Below, one piece after another: positions 45,464 through 54,451 of a stretch of 64,000 bases of DNA (the first letter of the stretch is position 1; every line of letters begins with the position of its first letter). Position numbers and translations under genes: made by a program. Below the pieces are notes generated by a model that searched no databases, was not told where the DNA came from, and saw nothing but the letters and a program-made list of their open reading frames with translations. The stretch is from a virus. The stretch is taken from the IMG/VR virus record IMGVR_UViG_3300044710_000064, positions 5,060 to 69,059 of that record; one strand, written 5' to 3'.

Positions 45464-46231
45464 CTAGTATTGGGTCTTCATGTAGCTAGTGGTTAATTCT
45501 GAACCCAATCCCATTGAGCCCATGCGCTGCGAGAGAGCGGCAAGATATGCCTTTTTTTGCTTGGAAGCTGACATCATTTCCGGCCGTTCATCAAGATAGG
45601 CCTCGTATAGGCCGGGGTTCGCTTTGAGCAATTGAGCGTATGCCTCGGCCTTCGAGAGCCTGCCGCCGGAATTCAGCGCCAATGTCTGAGCCTGAAGTTC
45701 CATCTTGTCGAGAGCGGAGACTGCTCCTATCGCAACTCCGAAATTGGCACCCACGGGATTCTTCTCGGATTCAGCAGAGCGTAATTTAAGTAGCTCGGCT
45801 TGGACCCTCGTCGCGGAGAAGTCTTTACCGATAAATTCGGCTGCGAGATTTGGGAAACCAGCGAGGGTGCACAGATTGGCAATGAGTTGCGTCTCAGCCT
45901 TCACGGCCTTCTTGGCGTCTTCCTTCTTTTTCTCGTCGTCTTCGTTGTCTTCGTCATCATCCTCGTCGTCGTCCTCGGGTTCGGTCTTGGTGGCGGCCAT
46001 GGCCTTCTTTCCCTTCTTGGTCTTCTTCGACTTTTCCTTGCCGTCCTCTTCGGGTGCCGCGGCTCCGCAATTCGAGCAAAACTTATCAGCCGAGTGCATG
46101 GAATCGCCGCACGAGTCGCAGGTCATTGTGTCCCCGTCATCGGCCCTAATCCCTGTGGCAACTGCTTGTGGTTGGGTAGCGACGGTCGCTCCGGTTACGG
46201 CAGCGATCGCCAAGTCATCATTCTTAGGCAT
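45464..46231 (-). CDS. Nested scaffolding protein (Nu3-like) from an internal start
   Basis: AAGGAGG-N5-ATG in frame within the protease gene. Confidence 0.6.
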   Translation of the reverse strand: MPKNDDLAIAAVTGATVATQPQAVATGIRADDGDTMTCDSCGDSMHSADKFCSNCGAAAPEEDGKEKSKKTKKGKKAMAATKTEPEDDDEDDDEDNEDDEKKKEDAKKAVKAETQLIANLCTLAGFPNLAAEFIGKDFSATRVQAELLKLRSAESEKNPVGANFGVAIGAVSALDKMELQAQTLALNSGGRLSKAEAYAQLLKANPGLYEAYLDERPEMMSASKQKKAYLAALSQRMGSMGLGSELTTSYMKTQY

Positions 46232-47164
46232 AATGCCCTCCTTGTTTTCTGCGGCGATCGCCGCGGGAAGTTGTGAAACTGATTTAGCTGAAAACATTCC
46301 TGAGCCAGGCGCTACCTTCTGGGTGATTGCGTTGAGCGCGTCTTCGAAGGTTCCGACTTCATCACCTAAGCCGACATCCACCGCGCCTTGGGCGAAGTAC
46401 ACAGCAGCCTCGGTATCGCGGATGGCTTGCGGTTTAACGTTGCGGTTCCGCGCGACGGCTTCCACGAACATTTCGTATTCGCGGTCTACTTCCGTTTGAG
46501 CGTCGGACTTGGCGGTTTTACCCAGCGGTTCATGGGGATTACCGTCCACTTTCTTTTTCCCTGCGTGGATATAAGTGAAGGCGAGACCTGCTTTGTCATC
46601 CAAGCGCGATTGGTCGACGTGCAGAGCAAAGACCCCGATGGAACCAAGTGCCCCGGTCCGGGTTACGAACACTTTGTCAGCCGCACTCGCGATGGCATAG
46701 GCTGCCGACATGGCTCCGTCGTTTGCGATTGCGTAAATAGGTTTTTCGCCACGGAGGGAATAGATGAGATCGTTCAAGTCGAACATTCCGTGCGTTTCTC
46801 CGCCGGGCGAGTCGACGTCGAGCAATACTCCTCGTACAGTTGAATCCCCGCACGCATCGCTCACCTGCCGGGAGATTCTTTCGTAGGTGCTGTTTCCGCT
46901 CATAGCCCAAAGTCCGCTCGCTTTTTTCATCAGCGTCCCTTGGATGGGGATAACAGCAATGCCTTCGTCAGTGACTTTGTAGGATTTTCGGTCTGAAGGT
47001 TCCGACCAATCCCCCGCCATCAAGCCGAATTCTTTGACATTCTCTGCATTCCAATCGAGATTGAGCCGGGGCCCAATGCCATGCAGGATGGCTTCGAGCT
47101 TTTCCGGACGAATAGCCAGGGGCGTATCGAAGATCCGGGATTGCAGATGGGTGAGGAATTTCAT
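45464..47164 (-). CDS. S49 head maturation protease (lambda gpC-like) with C-terminal scaffold
   Basis: IAVIPIQGTL, LLDVDSPGG, AMSAAYAIASAA, GSIGV, AGKKKVDGNP. Confidence 0.92.
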   Translation of the reverse strand: MKFLTHLQSRIFDTPLAIRPEKLEAILHGIGPRLNLDWNAENVKEFGLMAGDWSEPSDRKSYKVTDEGIAVIPIQGTLMKKASGLWAMSGNSTYERISRQVSDACGDSTVRGVLLDVDSPGGETHGMFDLNDLIYSLRGEKPIYAIANDGAMSAAYAIASAADKVFVTRTGALGSIGVFALHVDQSRLDDKAGLAFTYIHAGKKKVDGNPHEPLGKTAKSDAQTEVDREYEMFVEAVARNRNVKPQAIRDTEAAVYFAQGAVDVGLGDEVGTFEDALNAITQKVAPGSGMFSAKSVSQLPAAIAAENKEGIMPKNDDLAIAAVTGATVATQPQAVATGIRADDGDTMTCDSCGDSMHSADKFCSNCGAAAPEEDGKEKSKKTKKGKKAMAATKTEPEDDDEDDDEDNEDDEKKKEDAKKAVKAETQLIANLCTLAGFPNLAAEFIGKDFSATRVQAELLKLRSAESEKNPVGANFGVAIGAVSALDKMELQAQTLALNSGGRLSKAEAYAQLLKANPGLYEAYLDERPEMMSASKQKKAYLAALSQRMGSMGLGSELTTSYMKTQY

Positions 47165-47415
47165 TGAACTCCGATTCCCCGTTGTCGTTCGTGCCAGAGC
47201 GGCCATTGATAGCGATGCGTACCCCAAATGACCGTAACTACTGGCGGGATATTCAGCTGTTGGCCTTCCGAAGTCCGCTGAATTCGGAGCCCGCAATTGA
47301 TCTTTCTACTCAAGCGCAATGTCGCCTGAATGTAGATTCGAGAGTCTATTTCCCATTCGTATCGGGCGATGGCCAGAACGAGGCTAAAGTCCCAAATGTT
47401 CAGCACTAGCTTCAT
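47161..47415 (-). CDS. Hypothetical protein inserted between portal and protease
   Basis: ATGA overlaps at both ends; CAATGAA duplicated. Confidence 0.55.
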   Translation of the reverse strand: MKLVLNIWDFSLVLAIARYEWEIDSRIYIQATLRLSRKINCGLRIQRTSEGQQLNIPPVVTVIWGTHRYQWPLWHERQRGIGVQ

Positions 47416-49055
47416 TGCGGCCTCTCGGTAATCGGTTCTCCGTGGATTGAAGGAGCAAGCGCATTGGTCGCCGCTTCTTCTTCGCTGTCCTGTGTGGGAG
47501 CGGCAGTAGTCGGAGTCTCGGGCTGAGTCTCGCGGCCGATCAGCACCTTGTTCGGATCGCTGTCATAGATGGTTCCGAGGTCAGCCGCACGTTGACGCTC
47601 TACCGCTTGCTCGTTGTCCACCGTCTCAGGATCAAGACCGGATTCTCTGACCACGCGGGCACGGGAAGTAAATCCGCACCGGACGCTTGTTTGTGCTGCC
47701 TGGACTTCTTTCAGCGGATCGACCCACTGCCAGCCAGGTGAGACCCATTCGCAGTTCTCGAAGTCATAGGGATTATCAAAGTAGGCATTTCCGAGTTTCA
47801 AGGCTCCCGAGAGCACCGCTTCTTTCATCCACCGCTGTTTTACTGGCTCGCAGAATTGATGAACGATGACGTTGTACTGAAACTGCTCGCAGGCCCGCCG
47901 GAATTCGAGAAGCCCGGCCCGGATTGAGGAGTAGTTGACGCCTCCCAGATCCATAGTGACCTGCTCGTAGGTCATGTTTATGCCGGCGGCGAATTTGTGG
48001 GCTTGCGTGCTTATGAAGCTTGAGAAGTCCCCCGCCTGGGGCAACGAGGGAAACGTGATTCCCTCGCCGGGGAATAACTGCTGCATGGTTCCCGGTTCGA
48101 GTTTGATTACATTGGTGCCGATATCTTGCTGTGGAACGAACGGCGGATTCAGCGGATCTTCCAGGCCGGGCGAAGTTGGATAGTTGGGCGCCGGAGTCAT
48201 GACCTGATCTTCGGGAGCTGGCTTAGTGATGAACCCGGCGAACATGGCAGCTACTTTCTTGCGCACTAACTCGGCGTCAGAATATTGTTCGAGCTCGTAG
48301 AGGAGAGCGAGCACGGCGGTCATGTGCGGCTCGCCCCGGAGTTGTCCGATCCGAAGAGGCTTATAGATGTGGCGGATTTCCTCCGCCGGAATCTCGACAT
48401 ACTGAAGTCCCGACAACGGATAGAACATTGTTTCGCCGGGATGCTCTTTATAGAAGTGGTAAGCGACCCTTCTTCCGTCCGAATCGAATTCGATTCCGCA
48501 CCGGACCATGTTCTTGAAATCGCCGGGGAGAATATTCAGGAAGACCGGTAACTGCTCGCCTTCCATCAACTGAAGTTGCAGAGGAATGAAGAGCCGATCT
48601 TTTGCCGGTCTCAACCGATACCGGCTGAATACTTCGCCACCTTCGAAGATTTCCCTCGCCGCTAAAGCCTGGAGTCCGTAGAAATCAGATTGTCCCGACC
48701 AATCGGCTTGCCTCGTCCATTGCGCCCAGGCCTGTTGGATCTTGACTCGCACATTCGGATCAGGATGCTGCCAGTGCGGTTGAATTCCCGACCCGATGAC
48801 ATTCGATTCAAACTTGTCAATTGCGCTTCTCGCCCACGGGTTATTCCGGACCGCATCCCGGCTTCTCGACCGAAGCTGATCGAGGTTTCCCCATAAGAGG
48901 GTTGAAGGGCCGAGGCGAGTGGTGTACCAGCCCTGGGCCCTTCTTCCTGTACCACCAGCGTCGTAAGGGTACGCCGAAGCCCGTCTCTTAAGAATGGGTG
49001 GAGGCTCGTGACCCGATTGGCGGTACAACGTCAGAAATGATTCGATTTGAGGCAC
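47412..49055 (-). CDS. Portal protein, lambda family
   Basis: LRSRSRDAVRNNPWA, GIEFD..GRRVAYH, GQLRGEP, VNYSSIRAGLLE, WVDPLKE. Confidence 0.95.
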   Translation of the reverse strand: MPQIESFLTLYRQSGHEPPPILKRRASAYPYDAGGTGRRAQGWYTTRLGPSTLLWGNLDQLRSRSRDAVRNNPWARSAIDKFESNVIGSGIQPHWQHPDPNVRVKIQQAWAQWTRQADWSGQSDFYGLQALAAREIFEGGEVFSRYRLRPAKDRLFIPLQLQLMEGEQLPVFLNILPGDFKNMVRCGIEFDSDGRRVAYHFYKEHPGETMFYPLSGLQYVEIPAEEIRHIYKPLRIGQLRGEPHMTAVLALLYELEQYSDAELVRKKVAAMFAGFITKPAPEDQVMTPAPNYPTSPGLEDPLNPPFVPQQDIGTNVIKLEPGTMQQLFPGEGITFPSLPQAGDFSSFISTQAHKFAAGINMTYEQVTMDLGGVNYSSIRAGLLEFRRACEQFQYNVIVHQFCEPVKQRWMKEAVLSGALKLGNAYFDNPYDFENCEWVSPGWQWVDPLKEVQAAQTSVRCGFTSRARVVRESGLDPETVDNEQAVERQRAADLGTIYDSDPNKVLIGRETQPETPTTAAPTQDSEEEAATNALAPSIHGEPITERPQ

Positions 49056-49058
49056 CGG

Positions 49059-49099
49059 AAAAAGACCGCCTCCGTCCGCAGATCAAGAACGGAGGCGGT
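49059..49099 (-). terminator. Intrinsic terminator-like hairpin inside the late operon, just before the portal gene
   Basis: 11-bp perfect stem ACCGCCTCCGT/ACGGAGGCGGT followed by CTTTTT on the - strand. Confidence 0.65.
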
Positions 49100-49166
49100 A
49101 GAGGAGGAAGAATCTTAACCAATGAGGAGCAGCATCGAAAACCGTCTGAACAAGATATACTGAACC

Positions 49167-49403
49167 ATGTCTGTGAAGATCACGCGATATTCAAGCCCGG
49201 CGGACATGCGCAAAGCCGCACACCGAATTGCCCTTCAGCAAGAAACGTTTCTATTGGAAATGGCACAAGCCATCAAAGAATGGCGCAAGGAAGAGCCGGA
49301 GTCTGAGGCAGCCATGGAGATCGAGGACGCGACAATATCTGCATTGAAGACTTGCCGGGAGCTGAAAAAAGTCAGCGCTTCCAAATTCACCCGGCTAAAA
49401 TAA
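49167..49403 (+). CDS. Antisense moron, hypothetical protein
   Basis: TATACT (49156-61)-N5-ATG. Confidence 0.55.
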   Translation: MSVKITRYSSPADMRKAAHRIALQQETFLLEMAQAIKEWRKEEPESEAAMEIEDATISALKTCRELKKVSASKFTRLK

Positions 49404-49407
49404 ACTG

Positions 49408-49620
49408 TCAATTTCCAAAACCTTTATCGGTGTACACTCGAAGTTGGCGGCAGGGTATCGTGCCATTTGCTGCCGCGACTTCGACAACTGCGAGTGCGCG
49501 CGCTTTCAGCAAGTCATCCATGGAGCGATAGGTGACGTCACGATTCTGGAAGCGGACTCGCGTTACGCCGGACTTGATGGCCGTGTCGAGGGCATCGATA
49601 TCAGCTTGTGACCAGGCCAT
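49408..49620 (-). CDS. gpW-like head-tail joining protein
   Basis: IDALDTAIKSGVTRVRFQNRDVTYRSMDDL. Confidence 0.88.
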   Translation of the reverse strand: MAWSQADIDALDTAIKSGVTRVRFQNRDVTYRSMDDLLKARALAVVEVAAANGTIPCRQLRVYTDKGFGN

Positions 49621-49799
49621 GGTGCGTTATTCGGCGTACCGATAGAACCGAAAGCATCCCCAGTCATGGGACTTCCAATCTGCGGCTTGATACGAATCGA
49701 CCTGGTGCCATTTGCGCCAGTCGCGCAGAATCGCGAATCCGAACCGCCCGAGCCTACAGGGTCCAACCAGGAAAAACATGCTTGCCAAACTCGTGGAAT

Positions 49800-51701
49800 T
49801 CAAATCTCAAACCTCGCCCTGATCGGTCGCTGTGGCTGAGCCTGCCGGGGTGGTGCGGGAGTATTCGCTATCCGAGCCTTCATCGCTTCCGCCCGGCCTT
49901 CCAGTTCTCGCCACTGCTCATCTTTGAATCGGTCCAACCCCACCACGTAAGCGGCCGCCCGTGCATAGATCCTACAATCGAGCGCTTCGTTACGCGGCCT
50001 GGTCTTCTGCCACTCTGGTTTCGGAAAACCCTTCTCGTACCGGGTCACCAATTGCTCGGCAGTTAGCTGCTGGAAGAACTCGGCGTCGTACGGCGGAAAA
50101 TGACAGAACCCTGGTGGATAGATCTCGCCCCTGTCCAATTCCTCGTCGGTCGGCATGCTCAACATCAGCCATCCGTAAAGCTCCGACTTCAGCAATCCTG
50201 TAGCGACGGGCCATATCTTTAGACCGTTTGCAATTCGTTTCCCGCCAATGGTGACGTCCACGGGCTTTGGATGAGCGACAGGTATATTGCCGCGAGGGCG
50301 CCCGTCAACCGCGATTGCCCTGCCGCCCTGAGCCCGGACCCAAGCGTAAACGTCATTCGTGGCATATCCGCTATCAACGGCCATCTTCGCGATAGGAAGT
50401 TGCAGGCCAGACTCATGAGGAAAGGTCTCATTGAGCAGGACCGCAAGCCTTCGCCAGACCTCCGGCTGTTGAGGATTCCCGTCCAAAACCCTGTAATCGA
50501 TCGACCATGATTCTTTCCCGCGTCCCCAGGCCACGATCTCGGCTTGGAGGTAGGTCTTTTGAACGTCCACTCCCGCAGTAAGAAACAAGCCATTCCACGG
50601 AACGTTACCCCGTTCATACCGCTCTCGTCGAGCTCTTTCGTACAAGAGTTCATCCGCCGGCGCCTCGCCTTTGCCGGTCCAGTTTTCGGCTAGCGACGTA
50701 TTGACGAAGGTTTGCAGGTCTCCCGGATTGTCCTTCTTTGAAAGGAAGTCTAGAACGATGTCCCGAAGCATTTTCCAGGGGCTGTAAAGCTCCGAAATCC
50801 AGAACCCTGCTACGCCGGCAAAGACCGCTTGGGCTCTCCACTCGCACTTCTCTACGGCTGCCCAACGTTCGGCATCGTCCCAGCCGGCATCGCAAAATTC
50901 GCAATGATAGAGAGCCGTCGCCGCTCGTTGCTCGAAGCTCAGGCTTTTGGAATTGTCCCAGCGGACCTGGCTTTCGAACTTCCGCATCAGGGATTGAAAC
51001 GCCCCGCAATGCGGACACGGCACGAAGCATTCCCGCTGATCCGATTGTTCGTAGGCCCGATCGATCTCCGACGCCAAGAATGTGGGGGAGCATGTCAGAA
51101 CTTCCTTCGCCCGGTGACGAAAGGTTGCCAGTCGTTTTCTGGCAAGGGCCAGCGGGTTGCCTTCCAAGGTCGGTTTGTACTTGTCGATCTCGTCGGCAAA
51201 CAGAAAACGGATGGCCCGCCTGGCCACGTTCCGCGGCGAGCCCGTGCCGGCGATCGCCAGCAATCCCCCGGGAAACAACTTCTCCGTAATGGTGCTGTCT
51301 GAGCTCCGGGTCTTCGATTCCGAGAAGAGGCCCCGTAAAACTGGGGTATCCCGGATCATGGGTGCGATTCGTTCCTTCGAGAAGTCTTTGGCGTCGGTAT
51401 CCCCCGGCTGCAGGAGAAGCATGGGGCCCGGATCTTGATGGGCGAAATACCCGATGGCGTTCTCGATTGTGACCGATTTCAGCATCTGGGTGGCTGATTT
51501 GATCACCACCCGGCGGACGCGAGGATCCGAAACCGCGTCCATGGGTTCCCGCTGAAAGGCTAAGGTCGTCCAAGGTCCTGGTTTGGCAGAGGCTTCCGGG
51601 CTCAGATGACGATACCGGTTCGCCCATTCCGACATGGTGAGAACCGGCGGCGGCGCCCAAAGCCGGCGCAATCGCTGTTCGAGCACTTCCCTGGAGATCA
51701 T
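49800..51701 (-). CDS. terL: Terminase large subunit (GpA family)
   Basis: SEWANRYR, KSATQMLKS, LFADEID, CSPT, VPCPHCG, TAGVDVQ, AVDSG, RNEALDC. Confidence 0.96.
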   Translation of the reverse strand: MISREVLEQRLRRLWAPPPVLTMSEWANRYRHLSPEASAKPGPWTTLAFQREPMDAVSDPRVRRVVIKSATQMLKSVTIENAIGYFAHQDPGPMLLLQPGDTDAKDFSKERIAPMIRDTPVLRGLFSESKTRSSDSTITEKLFPGGLLAIAGTGSPRNVARRAIRFLFADEIDKYKPTLEGNPLALARKRLATFRHRAKEVLTCSPTFLASEIDRAYEQSDQRECFVPCPHCGAFQSLMRKFESQVRWDNSKSLSFEQRAATALYHCEFCDAGWDDAERWAAVEKCEWRAQAVFAGVAGFWISELYSPWKMLRDIVLDFLSKKDNPGDLQTFVNTSLAENWTGKGEAPADELLYERARRERYERGNVPWNGLFLTAGVDVQKTYLQAEIVAWGRGKESWSIDYRVLDGNPQQPEVWRRLAVLLNETFPHESGLQLPIAKMAVDSGYATNDVYAWVRAQGGRAIAVDGRPRGNIPVAHPKPVDVTIGGKRIANGLKIWPVATGLLKSELYGWLMLSMPTDEELDRGEIYPPGFCHFPPYDAEFFQQLTAEQLVTRYEKGFPKPEWQKTRPRNEALDCRIYARAAAYVVGLDRFKDEQWRELEGRAEAMKARIANTPAPPRQAQPQRPIRARFEI

Positions 51702-52216
51702 GCCGCATTCGTTTCACTCAACGCGCTCAATGCTTTCCGGACTTCATTGTCGATAATGGCCTGACATTCCAGGACGGAGGTGATAACAGCAACCCGCGGC
51801 GCCACTTCGTTCGCGAGCAGGAGAAGCCGGCCGCGCGCCGAACTGATCATGTTTGCGATGAGCTTTTCGACTTCAGCGACCAGCATTACCTCACCCTTCC
51901 GTTTGGCGAGGTCAAGCTCCTTCTCGAGAACCTTGAGCCATTGGGTTCGGCGGGTAGCTTCGTAGAGAGATTCCGGATCCGCTTTCGAGGAACTCTTACC
52001 GGGACCCTTCCGGAGCTTCTCAGCCGGCTGGACCGCCGGTTTGGGTTCGACCGAAGGGCGCCGCTGCCGATGATCGACGTTCACATCCCAGACGGCTCTC
52101 ACCTTCTCCAGGTCGAAACTGCCGTCCGGTTCTCGTGGAATCCGACCCTTCCGAGCAGCCTTATTGATGGCCGTGTGGGAAACCCCGAGCTCGGCGCCAA
52201 TCTCTCGGGAGGTCAT
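51698..52216 (-). CDS. terS: Terminase small subunit (Nu1-like)
   Basis: N-terminal HTH (IGAELGVSHTAINKA); ELDLAKRKGEV; overlaps terL start. Confidence 0.85.
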   Translation of the reverse strand: MTSREIGAELGVSHTAINKAARKGRIPREPDGSFDLEKVRAVWDVNVDHRQRRPSVEPKPAVQPAEKLRKGPGKSSSKADPESLYEATRRTQWLKVLEKELDLAKRKGEVMLVAEVEKLIANMISSARGRLLLLANEVAPRVAVITSVLECQAIIDNEVRKALSALSETNAA

Positions 52217-52223
52217 GACAGGC

Positions 52224-52331
52224 GGTTTCCAAGGTTTCCAGCCAAACTGGAAACCCGGTTTCCAAGCATGTAGCTGACGGGGTTCCGCAAACATTTTACC
52301 TGCCTGCAGGGGAGGGCCAGGGGAAGGACCC
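52224..52331 (-). other. Putative cos region (cosQ-like GGGTCCT, cosN-like dyad, cosB-like repeats)
   Basis: GGGTCCT at 52331-52325; GCAGGCA-N7-TGTTTGC imperfect dyad; four TGGAAACC copies (one inverted) at 52224-52264. Confidence 0.65.
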
Positions 52332-52349
52332 GAAAACAATAGGAAGGCC

Positions 52350-54449
52350 TCATAAAGCGTTCAGTATCCTGGCCGACCCGTCAACGCTGACAAAGGATCG
52401 GGAGCCGTCCACAATCGCGAGACAGCGTATTGAGCAGTCAACCGGCACAAGCATTCGAATCGGCCCTGTGCCCGTACCGGTGAATTGCGCGTAGATCCAG
52501 TTCGCCAAGCCCTGGAGCGTATCCGCGATAGCGCTTAGTGTCCGCGAAACCATGCGATAAACTGATGCCGGCTGGCTTGGAAGTTGCCCGGGTGTGCTCC
52601 TTGACGTCGCCCTGGCTATGGTGACGCTGCCGATAAGTAGGCTTGCGGTGAAGGAGAGCACATAGGCGCCAGACCGAGCGATCGCAGCGATGCCGTTGAA
52701 ACTAATCGTCGTAGCAGACGCTGCCAGGCCAGTAAGCCTTGCGCTTGCTCCGCCGAACAACGGGTGCGATCCGCTTGTCGCATGCACCGTAGATTTTGCG
52801 GTCGAACCTGCTTGCCCCGCGGTCGCTCCCAAGGCAGTTCGGTCAGTCGCGCCGGCTCGCTGTGCGCCGAACAATCCGGCGGCCGAAGCCGAAGACCTGC
52901 TGCCCGATCGAGTGACGTTCCCACCTGCCGCTAATGTTGAACTAGAATTAGACCTATCGGTACCTCGCAGAGTGGTGGCGGCGAATGCAGCAAGCGAGGC
53001 TCCGAGGCTCAGAATGTAAAGTGATCCTCCCTTAATGGCTACAAGAGCGCCAGAAAAGGCAGACTCAACGGCCGCAATCGCATGAGACGTCAGCTTACTC
53101 ACTCCACCCATTAGTGATGCGCTCGAAGCTACGCCTGACCGAGAGGTTTGAGTTCCCCGCGATCCCATCATTTGAACCGTTGCAGACGAGATCGCGTGGC
53201 TTATGAATCGTATGAATGAGCCAAAGAATGAACCAGAAAGTGCGGCTTCGCTTCGGCCAGTCTGTTTGGAAGCTGTCACTTGGAACGATCCAGTTGATGC
53301 AGGAGTGGTCTTCGCCATTGCTTGCGAATCGATTGCGCTCATGTCTGCCATTGAAGCCGGCCGAGTTTCTAACATCACTCGGGATGTGATTCCGCTGGGT
53401 GTCGTGGTGTTCCCACTCGAAGACCTAGACTCACTGCGCAAAGTGCTCGCTGCTAGCGCCAAGACCGAAGCCGCGACCGTAAATGTATAGGTGACTGCAG
53501 TCTTAGCCACCGTTAAAACCGCATTGAAGGCGTTGGCCACTGCGGCAACACCATGGGATGTGACGCGATTTGTCGAGGTAGCAAAAGAACTAGCCGCCGC
53601 AGTCACGGTATGGGCGACCGCTGAGCCGCGCGCGCCAGCGAACAAACTGGACGCCGCAGACGCAACGAAGCCAGTCATCTTGGATAAATTTGCACCCGCC
53701 GTTAGTGTCGCGGCGGTAGCAACATTGCCCACCGATTTTACGATACCGGCGGCGAAAGCAGCGCTTGACGTGGCCATGCTAACCAAGCCAGCCGTCTTGC
53801 TGCTAATTGCGGCCATCATCGCCGTTGCTGCGGTTTGAAAAAATGAGATCAGCTTGAAACTGGTCGCGCCAAATAGCGAAGTTTTGCTCGTGTTGCTATG
53901 GCTGGTAGCGAAACCGCCGAGAACGGCACGAATAGCGATCGTCGCGGCCTGGGCAACATTCCCGGTCGACCTCAAGATGTTGGCACCGAACATTCCATTG
54001 GAGGCCGCGCTCACAACTCCTGTGGTTTTCGTGCCAATTGCGGCCATCGTCGGCGCTGCAGCCGTTTCGAATAGCGACGTCAATTTGGCCCCGACTGCGC
54101 CGAACAATGAGGTGCCGCTCGCTGCGTTGTGGCTCGTGGAAAACCCGCCAAGATGGGCAATGCCGGCGGCTGCACTTGCATTTCCCGATCGGCCTGTCAG
54201 TTTTAGCCAGGCTGCCGCGCATGTCGATTGGATTGCCGTCAAAGCGCGCGCGGTGAAGCGCGTTGAAGTTGCTGATGGGGCGAGCGCCCTAGCCGTTTTT
54301 GAGGATGAGGTATTCGCCAACCTAGCAGCATTCAGATTCTGCGCACTCGCGGAAGCCGACAGGTAATAAGCTGAGCCTGTAAGCTTTAGGCCGGATTCAA
54401 TGATCGGATTCCCACGAACTCTGCGAGCTTGGTAAATACGGCCGATCAT
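52350..54449 (-). CDS. Ala/Ser/Thr-rich repetitive fibre-like protein
   Basis: 699 aa with short periodic repeats and larger internal duplications. Confidence 0.65.
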   Translation of the reverse strand: MIGRIYQARRVRGNPIIESGLKLTGSAYYLSASASAQNLNAARLANTSSSKTARALAPSATSTRFTARALTAIQSTCAAAWLKLTGRSGNASAAAGIAHLGGFSTSHNAASGTSLFGAVGAKLTSLFETAAAPTMAAIGTKTTGVVSAASNGMFGANILRSTGNVAQAATIAIRAVLGGFATSHSNTSKTSLFGATSFKLISFFQTAATAMMAAISSKTAGLVSMATSSAAFAAGIVKSVGNVATAATLTAGANLSKMTGFVASAASSLFAGARGSAVAHTVTAAASSFATSTNRVTSHGVAAVANAFNAVLTVAKTAVTYTFTVAASVLALAASTLRSESRSSSGNTTTPSGITSRVMLETRPASMADMSAIDSQAMAKTTPASTGSFQVTASKQTGRSEAALSGSFFGSFIRFISHAISSATVQMMGSRGTQTSRSGVASSASLMGGVSKLTSHAIAAVESAFSGALVAIKGGSLYILSLGASLAAFAATTLRGTDRSNSSSTLAAGGNVTRSGSRSSASAAGLFGAQRAGATDRTALGATAGQAGSTAKSTVHATSGSHPLFGGASARLTGLAASATTISFNGIAAIARSGAYVLSFTASLLIGSVTIARATSRSTPGQLPSQPASVYRMVSRTLSAIADTLQGLANWIYAQFTGTGTGPIRMLVPVDCSIRCLAIVDGSRSFVSVDGSARILNAL

Positions 54450-54451
54450 GG

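Noticed and set aside
50650-51717. 355-aa alternative-frame ORF over terL, and similar long shadow ORFs (e.g. 45705-46499, 36349-37065, 39166-39807)
   Set aside because: They overlap well-supported genes and have no motifs; expected in GC-rich DNA
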